Assembly (NCBI RefSeq): GCF_018350175.1
Contig: NC_058383.1
Coordinates: 2,542,001-2,606,000 of the forward strand
DNA from: Felis catus
Taxonomy: Eukaryota
Direction of reading: 5' to 3'
DNA length: 64,000 nucleotides
The translations under genes were made by a program, and so were the position numbers. Below the pieces are notes generated by a model, which saw only the letters and a program-made list of their open reading frames with translations, was not told the origin of the DNA and searched no databases. Of the stretch, positions 1 to 11,610 are shown piece by piece. How positions within the stretch are numbered: the first letter of the stretch is position 1; each line of letters opens with the position of its first letter.

Positions 1-302
1 CCCAGACACTAAGCCACCGAGCTGGGCGGTTTCTCTCAACTGCCGGGGTTGGAAAATGAGAAGCTAAACTGAGCTGTGACAATGCTCCACGTGACTAGAT
101 CACGAGGCGGGGGAGGGAGGGAGGCCGTCCTCCCGGTACTAACCCTGTGTCACCACCTCCTCCTCGGCACGGGCTGCCTCTCACGCACGAGGAGCCGTTC
201 GAGTGTGGGGCACCCTGCACCCCGAACGGGAGCCTTGCCTCACCTACACGTCCAGGCTGGAGTCAAGTTCCCTGTAGCACTAAGAACCCATGGTTTCCTC
301 CC

Positions 303-900
303 TTTCATCGAGACGAAGTTCACACAACGTAAACTCAACCATTTTAAGCGCACCGTCTCATGGCGTTTTATCACGTTCACGACGCCGTGCAAGCATGGCC
401 TTTACTAGTTCCGAACACACTCGGCAGCCGGGTCCGCCCCCGGGTCCCCCCCCCCCCCCCCCCCCAGCCTCAGGCAGCCGCTACTCTGCTTTCTGTCCCA
501 TGGAATTGCTTTTTCTGGATATGTCACGCCAGGGGAACCTTACGATGTCTTTTGTGTCCGGCTTCTTTCACGCGGCACGGCGGTTTCAAGGTTGTCCGCG
601 TTGCAGCAGGCGTCAGCACGCCCTTCGTTCCTCTTCGTGGCGGAGGGACAGTCTGTCGTACGAGCCTTCTCCTCTGTTAATGGACACACGTGGGCTACTT
701 CCACCAGCTGGCTCTTGCGACCGGTGTTACCGTGAGCGTCCGCGTACAAGCATTTGTTGGAACACCTGCTCTCGATTCCTTGGGCTGCACGGCGAGGAGT
801 GGCATTGCTGGGTCATACGGCAACTCTACGTGTCACCTTTTGAGGAACCGCCTAAGTGTTTTCCACGGCAGCTGCCACCGTTTTCACATCCCCACCACGT
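303..900 (-). mobile_element. Old LINE-1 (L1MB-like) 3' end fragment, strongly GC/CpG-shifted
   Basis: Antisense L1MB 3' motifs, e.g. GGAGTGGCATTGCTGGGTCATACGGCAACTCTACG...TTTTGAGGAACCGCC and TTTTCACATCCCCACCA. Confidence 0.85.
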
Positions 901-1865
901 TTTCGTTTTTAATCACAACACGCCATGGCGATTCAGAGGAGGGAGGCAGTGGCATGGAGGGAAGCGGGCTCTTCCCGGGGCCTGAGTGAGAGTGCGGGGT
1001 GGGTGGCCTGCCCGGGCAGGGGGGAGGCCAGGCAGGCAGTTGGGGGGGGGGCGGGGAGGGCAGGCCGGGCCTCTGTCTGCAAAACTAGCTCGGGTCCGGG
1101 GAGGTGGAGCTGTGGCCCGGGACGTGGTCCCTGTCACCCGTGCCCCTCGGCCTCCGAGCAGATGGTGGGAGTCTGCGGTGAAAGGCGGAGACGGGCCGGA
1201 GGGCGGGGGGCCTTGTGATGCGGTCCTTCTCGAGGGGTCGGGACCCCGAGAGCTCTCATTCGTCTGCTTCCGACGACCACAAAAGAGATGTGCCAGGCGG
1301 GGAAGGTACGGAGCTAGATTTAGCACCCAATCAACCCGGGAAACGAGCCTCCTCTGACTTTAAAATGAACTCTCAGAAGCACACCCCCCCCCACCCCCCC
1401 TCGGGTCAGAAAGGCTGATTCAAGAAAATGAGCTCAGCAGGGGTCCGCCAAGGTGCTCTGCGGTAGCAGGGAAGGACCCTGGGGGTGCCTGCTGAGGGCT
1501 CAAAGCCCTGGGGCCCCACGGGCTGCACCTGTGTTAGAAACACGTCCTGAGCCCGGCAGCCGCGGTATTCACTGCACCATGGCCTCCGGCGCCCAGAGGG
1601 GAGCGTCTGGGTCCCTGCCTGGGGCTCCCGCAGATGTGGGGGCAGGGGGTCACGTCAGACGAGAGGGACGTCAGCAGGACCCCTGTGTCCATCCCTTAGG
1701 GCAGTGGTGACCAAGTCCCGCAGACCAGGCAGCCTAGTAAGCAGAAGTCTATCTTCTCTCAGTCCTGGGGCTCAAAGTCCAAGATCGGCTCCTTGGTATG
1801 CAGACGACTGTCTTCTCCCTGTGTCTTCATGGGATCCTCCCTCTGTGCGTGTCTGTGTCCTGATC

Positions 1866-2292
1866 TTTTTTTAAATTTTATTAAAAATTGTTTTGGGGCG
1901 CCTGGGTGGCCCAGTCGGTTGGGCGTCCGACTTCAGCTCAGATCACGATCGCGCGGTCCGTGAGTTCCAGCCCCGCGTCGGACTCTGGGCTGATGACGGC
2001 TCAGAGCCTGGAGCCTGCTTCCGATTCTGTGTCTCCCTCTCGCTCTGACCCTCCCCCGTTCATGCTCTGTCTCTCTCTGTCCCAAAAATAAACGTTAAAA
2101 AAAATTGTTTTAATGTTTATTTTTGAGAGAGAGAGAGTGTGTGTGCACAAGCGGGGAGCGGGGGGGCAGAGAGAGAGGGAGAGAAAGAATCTGTCAGCAC
2201 AGAGCCTGATGGGGGGCTCAAACTCACAAGCCATTAGATCATGACCTGAGGCGAAGTCAGAAGCTTAGCCGACTGAACCCCCCGGGCGCCCC
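1866..2292 (-). mobile_element. Can-SINE whose tail is interrupted by the + strand SINE (body 2112-2292)
   Basis: Antisense body ending GGCGCCCC; CCTGATCT on both flanks. Confidence 0.93.
1895..2100 (+). mobile_element. Can-SINE (SINEC_Fc type), full length
   Basis: GGGGCGCCTGGGTGGC head, CT-rich tract, A tail; TSD AAAAATTGTTTT at 1883-1894 and 2100-2111. Confidence 0.97.
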
Positions 2293-3069
2293 CTGATCTC
2301 TTCTTTTAAGGACACCAGTCAGACTGGATTAGGGCCCACCCTACCGACCTCATTTGACCTTAATTACCTCTTTCAAGGCCCGTCTCCAAACACAGTCCAT
2401 CCCAACGTCCCGCGCCGATCAGGATGTCAACGCACGAGTTTTGGTGGGGGAGTGTAATTCAGCCCGTAACACCCCGGAGGGGCCTTCAGCACCGGAGAGG
2501 CTCCGAAGCCGGCCCCGTCCTCGCCTGGCTGGCAGCGCGTCCAGCCTCCGATCCCAGAGCCCGTCCAGGGAGGTCATTAAGTGTGCGAGAATCTGCTACC
2601 GCAGACAGCGGGATCGGGCAGCGGCTCACCGCGGGGCCCGTGCGGGAACCTCCAACCACCACCCGGCACCGTTAAGTCCGACTCGCGGCAGCTCGGCGCG
2701 TGGAGGCGCCTCGTCCGGCTGGCGGACGGGACAGCGGCTCCCGGAGGAACCCGCTCTCAGAGGGCCCATCCTCCGCCGACTGACCTGAGGATGCGCTGGG
2801 CACGGCTCCGTGAAAAAGCAGAACGAAGGACGCAGAGAGAAGGGTGTGGAGCGTCAGGCCGCTGAGGCCTGCGTCACCTGTGTGCGGCCGGGGCCACCCA
2901 GCTGCTGCTGGGGCAGCAGTCAGGGGCACGCAGTTTACGTTAAATGCCCAGGAATCTACCTCTGCCCCTGGGGCTGTTTCCGATTCTTCAGGATGTTTTC
3001 TCCACTCCGGGCTGGGAACTTCCCAGGGCCGTGGCTGTTTCTTACTATCTTTGTGTCTCCCGGATACAT

Positions 3070-3203
3070 ATAGCTCACCCTGGGAGCTTCTGGAACACGA
3101 TGCCCCGGGCCCTGCCCCAAACAAGGATGTAATTAGCTGTGGTGTGGCCCAGGAAGCGTGGCTTTCGGAAGTCGCTTCTAATGTGCAGGTTTGAGGACTG
3201 CTG
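3070..3203. mobile_element. hAT-Charlie MITE (MER5B-like)
   Basis: TCACCCTGGGAGCTT...GATGCCCCGGGCCC...TTCTAATGTGCAGG. Confidence 0.6.
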
Positions 3204-3339
3204 TACCAGAGCTCCCGGCTTGAACAGGGACCCCAGGGGAGAAAGAAGAGGGAGCCGGGATGAGAAAGGAACCAGGGCCAGGAGAAGGGGCCCGTGTGGA
3301 GCCCCACGATGTACCGAGCGGGTCGTCCCGGTGCCTCGA

Positions 3340-3481
3340 GGTCTGTGGTGCGTCGCAATCAGCAGGGGCCGGTGTTGCAACAGCCCGGAGGGTCTGGGGT
3401 GGGGCCTGGGAGCCTGAATTTCTAACAAGAGCCCAAGGGATGACGGTGTTGCTGGTCTGAGGACCAAACTTAGAGAAGCAA
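3340..3481. mobile_element. hAT-Charlie MITE (MER5A-like)
   Basis: GGTCTGGGGTGGGGCCTGGGAGCCTGAATTTCTAACAAG...GCTGGTCTGAGGACCAAAC. Confidence 0.75.
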
Positions 3482-3828
3482 AAGAAAGACGCACGAGGAG
3501 AGAAGCTGTCAGCACAGAGAGAGAGAAAGATTACTTAAAATGCCCCAAATCGGATTTGCAGTTTAAATGCCTACACATTTCTCTCCGTTCCCCCCTGGAG
3601 CGGCACCAATTGGACAGGAAAGGAACGGAACGCACGCACACGCGTGTGTGTGTGTTTGTGGGGACACAGAGAATGGGAAGGACCAGGGCAGGTGAGACAT
3701 ATCACCAAAATTTTAGAAGGTGGAAAGCAGACAGCACCGTTTCTGGGAAGACTACATACACAGTCTAAGATACTTCTCCCATAAGAGATCTGAAATGCCA
3801 GAAAAAGTCCTTTAAAACATCTATTGAA

Positions 3829-4037
3829 GGGGCGCCTGGGTGGCTCGGTCGGTTGAGCGTCCAACTTCGGCTCAGGTCATGATCTCGCAGTTCATGGGTT
3901 CGAGCCCCACGTCGGGCTCTGTGCTGACAGCTCGGAGCCTGGAGTCTGTTTCAGATTCTGTGTCTCCTTCTCTCTCTCTGCCCCTCTCCTGCTTGTTCTC
4001 TCTCTCTCAAATCAACCAACTTAAAAAAATTAAAGAA
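3829..4037 (+). mobile_element. Can-SINE
   Basis: Canonical head, body and A tail. Confidence 0.96.
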
Positions 4038-4463
4038 TAACAACAAAGAAACACAACACAGGCCCGTCACCAACAGCAGAACAATAACTGTAGAGACAGA
4101 TCCGCCAGGAATCCAGATGTTAGAATTTGAACGAAGCACAATACAGATGTCTCATCTCCAATATGCTTAAAGAACCACATGTTTAATACGTTTAAGTAAC
4201 CAAGATATAAAAGGGAAACAACAACTCAACCAGGCAGATGTCTGAAAGAACCAAACGATCATGACTGACGTTAACAACTCTGTGGAACCCCACGGCTCCG
4301 GGTGAAATGGTGCAGAGTCTGGGCCGCGCTCGGCCACACGCGGGCGAGGGGAGAGGACGCGCGGCTGTAACAAAGGGGGACACGCGCAGATACCGATGAA
4401 CTCGAACGGCAGAAAGCGTTCATGGTCTGAATCTCTACTTTTGTCTGTGTTTGAAAACATCCT

Positions 4464-4666
4464 GGGCCTGGGTGGCTCAGCTGGTTAAGCGTCCGACTCT
4501 TGATTTCGGCTCAGGTCAGGATCTCATGGTTCATGGGATGGAGCCCCGGGTCGGGCTCTGTGCTGACGGTGCGGAGCCCGCTTGGGATTCTCTCTCTCCC
4601 TCTCTCTCTGCTCTTCCCATGAGTCCACGGGCACGTGCACACGCTCTCTCTCTCTCTCTCTCTCAA

Positions 4667-4709
<43 letters not shown>

Positions 4710-4710
4710 A
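4464..4710 (+). mobile_element. Can-SINE with (TAAA)n-expanded tail
   Basis: TSD AAAACATCCT at 4454-4463 and 4708-4717. Confidence 0.96.
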
Positions 4711-5720
4711 ACATCCTTATACTTTGGTTTTTTAAAGCCCTCAAAGGATGGTGAACAGAACAGATACACCAGAAGTGATGATTAGTCAGCTGAAAAACAG
4801 ACATGCAGAATTCACCAAGAAGGTGGTACTGCAAGGCAAAAAAGACAGGAACCACTGGGAAGGTTCAGACATGTGGAGGGACATTACAGACGGCGCCACA
4901 CGTGTTGGGATGTCCAGGAGGGGAGACGGGACTCGGGGCGGGCACCGTCGAGCGTTTTCCACAACTGATGAAAGGTGACTCCCTCAGATGCAGGCTGCAC
5001 GACGAATCCCAAGACGGAGAACGAAAGCCTCGATCCACACCCGCGGATCTGCATTGCGGCTGCGGAAGGAACATCGTAAATAGAAAGCAAAGAGGCTACG
5101 AAAGAAGCAAGCGGGGAAAAGACTGCCTTCCAAGGAACAGCGGTTACTCGGGGATGAGAAAGATGTGGACAAGAGAAGCTGCAGGCAGGGCACGATCCGT
5201 TCAGTGCGCTGAAAGAACGCATCGGCAGCTTGGAACCATACGCATTGAGCAATTTTATCTCAGAACGGCAGCAAAATCAAGGCATTTTCGGATAAAAATA
5301 GGGAATTTATCGCCAAAAGAACCCCATTACGGGAACTTATAAAGGATATATTTCTGGAAGGAAGAAAAATACTAAGTCTAGATTTAAAGAGGAATAATGA
5401 CCAAAGAAAACGGTAACAAAACTAATAATGTCTATTTTGTGGGTTTTAAAATAAGAGAATTAAAATACCTGACAGCCGTGCATGAAACAGTTGGCAAACT
5501 CAGTATTTGGAAATGAATGAAAAAGTCCTTGTATTGTGCAGGGGGAGGGAGGCAAAGATATTAATTAACTTATAGTTTATTAAATATGAATGTTAAAATG
5601 TCTACAGTATCCATTAAATGAATGAAAAATGGAATATATAACTCGTGAACCAGAAGCCAGTGGGTGAGGAATAGAATTGGGAGGGAAACACAACAAATAT
5701 CTCAATCCTGAAGGGGGAAA

Positions 5721-5778
5721 AATATATATATATATATACATATATACATATATATATGTATATATATATATATGATAT
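5721..5778. repeat. (TA)n microsatellite, imperfect
   Basis: Direct reading. Confidence 0.95.
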
Positions 5779-5843
5779 ATTAAAAGTTGGGGAAGAGAGA
5801 AAGCACAAAATGAGTGTTTTAACTCAAAAAGATTCTCCAACTA

Positions 5844-6070
5844 GGAGGCACCTGGGTGGCTCAGTCAGTTGAGCGTCCGACTTCAGCTCAGGTCATGATC
5901 TCGCAGTTCATGGGTTCAAGCCCCGGGTCAGGCTCTGTGCTGATGGCTCGGAGCCTGGAGCCTGCTTTGGATTCTGTGTCTCCCTCTCTCTCTGCACCTC
6001 CCCTGCTCATACTCTTGTCTCTCTCTCTCTCTCTCAAGAATAAATAAACATTAAAAATAAATAAATAAAA
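5844..6070 (+). mobile_element. Can-SINE
   Basis: TSD AAAAAGATTCTCCAACTA at 5826-5843 and 6067-6084. Confidence 0.97.
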
Positions 6071-6206
6071 AGATTCTCCAACTAGGAAAAATCTAGCTAC
6101 AATAAATAAAACCATGACCACGTTGGCTTTATCCCAGAAATACAAAGTTGGTTGAAGTTTAGAAAATAGTACAGTGGGATTTGATTAATTAAGAATAAGG
6201 CAAAGA

Positions 6207-6383
6207 GGGGCGCCTGGGTGGCTCAGTGAGTTAAGCGTCCGACTCTTGGTTTCAGTTCAAGTTCGTGAGTTCAAGCCCCACACAAGGCTCCACACTGATA
6301 GTGTCCAGCCTGCTTTTCTCTCTCTCCGCCCCTCCCCTGCTCGCTCTCTTTCTCTCAAAATAAACTTCAAAAAAAAAAAAAAA
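6207..6383 (+). mobile_element. Can-SINE, internally deleted
   Basis: Head GGGGCGCCTGGGTGGCTCAG; degenerate TSD AAGAATAAGGCAAAGA / AAGAGTAAGGCAGAGA. Confidence 0.93.
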
Positions 6384-6570
6384 AGAGTAAGGCAGAGAGT
6401 TGTATATACTTCAGTGACTGTAGAAACAGCACTTGATAAAATCTGATGCACACTCATGATAAAATATATTTGCAAACTAGGAACCGAAAGGAAATAGATC
6501 CTCTTAAACTAATTAAACACATCCACAAAAATCCTCCAGCAAACATAATAATTAAAAGTGAAACTCTGGG

Positions 6571-6795
6571 GGGGCGCCTGGGTGGCGCAGTTGGTTAAGC
6601 GTCCGACTTCAGCCAGGTCACAATCTCGCGGTCCGTGAGTTCGAGCCCCGCGTCGGGCTCTGGGCTGATGGCTCTGAGCCTGGAGCCTGTTTCCGATTCT
6701 GTGTCTCCCTCTCTCTCTGCCCCTCCCCCGTTCATGCTCTGTCTCTCTCTGTCCCAAAAATAAATAAATGTTGAAAAAAAATTTTTTTTTTTAAA
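6571..6795 (+). mobile_element. Young SINEC_Fc-type SINE
   Basis: Near-consensus, CpG-intact body; no clean TSD. Confidence 0.97.
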
Positions 6796-7184
6796 TTAAG
6801 GAAAAAAAGGTGACAGTAACCACCCCAAAATTAAGTCCCTTCTGAGCTTGGTCCTTGGGATGGATGGTTTTCTCCACTCGGGTCCAGGGCAGACCAGGAG
6901 GCAGGCGCCCCAGGAGCTTCCCCTGTGGTAAATCTCATCCCCCTCAGTGAGCCCTGCCCCGGCATCGGTGGGGCCAGGACCCCAGGAGGATACGTTTTTA
7001 GTCCGGGGACCAGAGGGTGCTCCTGTAATGACTTCGACATTTCTTCCCAACTTAGTCCTCACGTTCATTTTCCCCCCAAACTGGATAATCTATCATGTCC
7101 TCTGCCTTGCTTCAGGCTATGCTATTTATAACAATAGAAACAGCATTTTTGGCTTGTCACCTCTCTCCAGAGGAACTCAAAGTG

Positions 7185-7346
7185 CCTCTAAACCTTTAAT
7201 GTGCATATAAAGTACTTTCGAATATTGTTACAGTGCAGATTCTAATTCAGCAGGTCTGGGGCAGGGCCCTGAGAGTCTGCATTTCTAACCAGCTTCCCGG
7301 TGAGGCTGAGGCTACAGGCCCAGGGACCACATCCTGAGTAGCAAGG
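7185..7346. mobile_element. MER5A-like hAT MITE
   Basis: GCAGATTCTAATTCAGCAGGTCTGGGGCAGGGCCCTGAGAGTCTGCATTTCTAACCAGCT. Confidence 0.85.
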
Positions 7347-7518
7347 GGAATGTGGGGCAGCTTGAAGGGTCATGGAAACGTTCTCTATCTCCAGTAGGGT
7401 TGTGATGACACAGGGATCCACCTCTGTGAAAACACAATGGACTGTGGAGTTAAAATGGGTGCATTGCATCGTATCTCGAGTGTCCTTCAATACGGTTTAT
7501 TTTAAAGGAAAAAATTCA

Positions 7519-7720
7519 GGGGTGCCTGGGTGGCTCAGGCGGTCGCGTGTCTGACTCTTGAGTCCGGCCCAGGTGACAGTCTCAAGGTCTCTGAGATCGA
7601 GCCATGCGCTATTAGCGTGGAGCCTGCTTGGGATTCTCTCTCTGCCTCTCTCTGCCCCTCCCCCTCCTCGAAATACGTAAATAAACCTTAACAAAAAAGA
7701 AAATAAAGAAACGAAAAAAA
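7519..7720 (+). mobile_element. Can-SINE (older, diverged)
   Basis: TSD AAAAAATTCA on both sides. Confidence 0.92.
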
Positions 7721-7842
7721 TTCATTCTAGAGGGCTTTGTAGATCTAAATGTGAAAGATGGAACGATAAAGCTTTTAGAAGAAAACGTAAATCTTGGGGT
7801 AGACAAATCTTTCTGGAATAGAGTTCAAAAAATGATTCACCC

Positions 7843-8057
7843 GGGGCGCCTGGGTGGCTCAGTCGGTTGAGCGTCCGACTTCGGCTCGGGTCATGATCTC
7901 GCGGTCTGTGAGTTCGAGCCCCGCGTTGGGCTCTGTGCTGACAGCTTGGAGCCTGGAGCCTGCTTTGGATTCTGTCTCCCTCTCTCTCTGCCCCTCCCCC
8001 ACTTATGCTGTCTCTCTCTCACTCTGTCAAAAATAAATAAAACATTAAAAAAAAAAG
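7843..8057 (+). mobile_element. Can-SINE
   Basis: Canonical head, body and tail. Confidence 0.96.
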
Positions 8058-8778
8058 ATTAACCGTAAGAAGTATGGTTACAGACCACATGATTTGACTA
8101 TGTTAAAATTAAAAACTCCTATTCATCAGCAGACCCTACCAAGAAGGTTTTGAAAAAGCAAGCCATAAACTGAAGAAAGGTATCAGTCGTACATATATTT
8201 GACAAAGGACTCCTACCTATCATATATAAAGAACAACTACAATTCAATAAGAAACTGACAACCTAATAGAATGACAGGCCAAACACTTGACGAGGCACCA
8301 AGGACAATATCCAAAATGGCCAATAAGCACACAAAAAAGGTTACTCAACTTAATTAGTCATAAGTGAAATGCAAATTAAAAACCACAAAGTTTTTTGTTT
8401 TGGCCATACAGCCACACGAATGGCTAAAACAAAAAGACAGAAGACAGCACATGTAGGCCAAGATGTGGGGCAGCTGGGGCTCACATCTGTCACTGACGGG
8501 GGTGTAGTCTGGAGCAACACTCTTGGAGAATGATCTCCTAGAGCTGACTGTTGGCATACTCTGATTTAGCAGATCCACTCTTGAGTATCTCCAAAGAGAG
8601 GTGTGTATCTCCAAAAGAGAGACGTTAAGGACGGTCCTAATTGCCTTATTACAATGGCACAAAGTTGGAAACAACCCAAAAGAGCCGTCACTGATAATAC
8701 AGACAAAACGTGCAATGTTCATAAGACGGACTGCTACGGGCAAACAGGTATCGCTCCAGGCAAGCCGCGGACACAGCT

Positions 8779-9170
8779 CGGGTGGCCAGACAGGACACAC
8801 AGCACTCGGATCAACAACCAATATTGTTTTAGCACCTCGATGTTCACGCAAGTATTTGGGACATACCTATGCTAAAACTTGTTATTATACTGAAAGTCAT
8901 TGTTATTATTTGTTTTTTAAATTTTTTTTAATGTTTATTTATTATTGAGAGACAAAGAGACACAGAGTGTGGGTAGGGGAGGGGCAGATAGAGGGGGAGA
9001 CACAGAATCCCAAGCGGGCTCCAGGCTCTGAGCTGTCAGCACAGAGCCCGAGGCGGGGCTCAAACTCACGAATCGCGAGATCATGACCTGAGCTGAAGTC
9101 GGACACTTAACCGACTGAGCCACCCAGGTGCCCCTTATTATTATTACACTATTATTTTTTCACCAGTCCT
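8779..9170. mobile_element. MER53-like palindromic hAT MITE split by a SINE
   Basis: GGGTGGCCAGA...CAGGACAC...TATTTGGGACATACCTATGCTAAAA. Confidence 0.6.
8910..9134 (-). mobile_element. Can-SINE
   Basis: Antisense body ending CCAGGTGCCCC. Confidence 0.96.
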
Positions 9171-9479
9171 GTTTTGCTTCCTGATCTGGATGCTGGTGAC
9201 GGGGACGTGTGCACTTTGTCTAACCTCCCGGTGCTGTGCGATCGGGGTCTGGACACATCTCCTGTATGACTGTCATACCTGAGTGTGACGCTTATTTGAA
9301 ATAACAAAACTAATCCCGGCCTGTGTCCCATTTGAGGGGGGCCCTGCCTCTTGCCTCGAGTCTCCCATCGGGTCTCCTCGCTGCCACTTGTGACCTTTCA
9401 GACCCCACCGGGACCCCAGCTCGCGGCTCCCGCTCAGAACACCCCAGCAGCCGGCCCTCACCCACAGGACGGCCTCCGC

Positions 9480-9870
9480 CTCCTTGGCACCTTACCCAGG
9501 GCTCTTGGCGGCCTCTCCTCCCTCTGCCCCGACGCCCCCCGTCTTTTTGTGTGACCTGCCACTAACCGCACCTCCGTGGCTTTGCGTAGGCTGGTTCTCT
9601 GCTTAGAAGGCCCTCCCCACCTCTGTGCCGGCAAAAACTTTGTTATTCTGCCAGAGTCGTTCAGGCGGCTCCGGGAAGCCTTCCCGACTCCCTCAGCCAG
9701 ACCCGGGGGCTCCGTCTTCACTGCGTGTGCACATGTCCATCTCCTCACCACACTACCTGCGCGCAGGGGCCGGGACTCCGGCTGTTTCATCCTTTTGTCC
9801 CCAGCACCTAGCGGGGTGCCGTGGATGGGGCCCGCTGGGCACAGGTGAGGAATGAACAGGTGGATGATGG
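9480..9870 (+). mobile_element. L2 LINE 3' end, decayed
   Basis: TCCGGGAAGCCTTCCCGACT, GTCCCCAGCACCTAGC, terminal GAATGAA-like repeats. Confidence 0.7.
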
Positions 9871-10039
9871 GGCTTGACATACGGGCATCGGGCAAAGGCA
9901 TAAACTGGTGTCGCTAAATTTGAGATCCAGCAATAATTCCTCTGACCCTGCTCTGGGTCCCCCTGCCAATGAGCAGCGCCCGCCTGCCTCATGAGCGGGA
10001 CTTGTCCCTTACTGTGGGTCCCCTGAGCAACCTGCTTGC

Positions 10040-10172
10040 TGCGGGTGCTGGGCGCTCCCTAGACGGCATCTCATCTGATTTCCTGTCGGAAGGATGCCGT
10101 CAGCCCCATTTTACAGATGAGGGGAGGTGCAGACACGTTCGGCGACTCGTCCAAGGTCGCGTGGCTGCTGGT
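10040..10172 (-). mobile_element. MIR
   Basis: Core CCCCATTTTACAGATGAGG...GTCCAAGGTCGC. Confidence 0.75.
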
Positions 10173-11479
10173 GGGGTGGGAGGGGGGGTTGTGGAGCTGA
10201 CACCCACCACCCAGTTTCTTCTGTGAATAACAACCAGGTGTTGAATCACGAAAATGTCCCTCGGAACAGGAAAGGCAAGGGAGGAAGTGTGGGCACCCGC
10301 TCTGCCCCGGCAGCGGTCTGACTCAGGCAATCCTCCTGGCCTCTCTCAAATCGGTCTCCGTGGGTAGCCGCCCCCCCTCCTGCAGACCGGCGTGTCGGGA
10401 AGGGGCATCACCCCAAACCCCTAAACGCGGCGCTCGCCTCTGTCCGGAGACTTTCAAGTCCTGCCCGAGATTTTCAGGTTTTCAACAAAACAAATATCTG
10501 ATTCACTGTTTCCAAGCCTACACGAAACACAGGTCCTTTATTTTTCTGCCACTCACCAAAAGAAAAAAAAAAAAAAGACCCTTTATGTCTTAGAAAAGTT
10601 TTCAATGCTCCTCATCTCACACCACACCAAACATTGTTCATGACAAAGGCCGGAGAATGAAGCCAGAAGGAAATGAATCGCATTACAATAAAACACACCC
10701 ACTAATAAATAGCAGCCTGGCCAATGAATCCGACTCAGAACATACCACTGGCAAGAAGAAATGCCCCAAAGCTTCACTTAAACCAAATAATATAAGAACG
10801 GATGGGTCCCCCGGGTCGGAGGGAGAAGGTAATGCATCCAGGAGGCTGCAAACAGGGACTCTGGGATTTCTGCAGAAAACACAGGGCATTAACAACGTTC
10901 AAGGTGAAAGAAGGGAGACATGTAGGCTTGGGGACAAGGGTGTTTTCATCAGGTGACAAAAGAGACAGGTCCGGGTCTTTCCACTGGGTCCCCACAACCC
11001 GCAGGGCAGTGCCCACTCCAGAAATTCACCACAGCCACTCCCAACCCGCCCAACTGGAGAACGAAGCCCAGAGATCTGAGCGATACACGTGAACACCGAA
11101 GGGAGACGAAAGTCTGCTCCGGGGAGGTTTCTGTTCCACACCTGTTGTGCCGAGGCATCACCCAGCGGCCGGGGACCAGCGCAAGAGGCGCACCCCCGAG
11201 CGTCCGCAAGGCCCCGGAGGAAGCCGCCTGCCCGGGGGTTTGCAGATCGACACAGAAGATCACGCCCCACACCCAACATCTCATGGCCACCCCCTTCCTC
11301 ATCGTCACGAGGGGAACCCGGCCGGCGCTGTCCTGCCAGAGCGGGGGCGCAAGGAGAGCCTGGCCCGATGAGACGGCCGGGAGGAAGGCCCGGTCAACAC
11401 GGATGCAGGGCGAGAGAGGTCAATTAGCGACAATAAAAGCTCACGTCCATGTAACGTTTTGCTGTTTTCAAAGCGATTG

Positions 11480-11610
11480 TTCACCCGCTATCCGCTCAGC
11501 GCAAGTCCGTGCGGTAGGGAGGAGGGATTATTTATCTCCATCTTGCTCGTGAAGAAACAAAACCTTGGGGCCGTGAAGTGGTTTGCTCAAGGTCACCGAG
11601 CAATCAGGAG
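11480..11610 (-). mobile_element. MIR
   Basis: TTATCTCCATCTTG...GAAGAAAC...GTGAAGTGGTTTGCTCAAGGTCAC. Confidence 0.7.

Larger units (their letters stand above)
1684..2471 (-). mobile_element. MaLR LTR (MLT1A/B-like) interrupted by two SINEs
   Basis: AAGTCCAAGATC, TAAGGACACCAGTCAGACTGGATTAGGGCCCACCCTA and terminal AATTCAGCCCGTAACA. Confidence 0.85.
4040..8750 (+). mobile_element. Highly decayed ancient L1 (L1M/L1ME-like) ORF1, ORF2 and 3' fragments, broken by SINEs and other inserts
   Basis: ACAGATCCGCCAGGAATCCAGATGTTAGAATT (ORF1 region); GAAACAGCACTTGATAAAATC and AAATGGCCAATAAGCAC...GAAATGCAAATTAAAAACCACA (ORF2). Confidence 0.75.

Noticed and set aside
290..985. 231-aa ORF with a polyproline stretch
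   Set aside because: It reads through an antisense L1MB and a poly-C tract, where GC drift has removed stop codons.
1888..2091. Recurrent ORFs of the type MAQSVERPTSAQVMISRSVSSSPASGSVLTA throughout the window
   Set aside because: These are translations of Can-SINE bodies, not a gene family.
6947..7210. ORF with PPNW...GYAIY loosely resembling TSPO/TspO
   Set aside because: The motif spacing is wrong and there is no other similarity; probably coincidence without a BLASTX hit.
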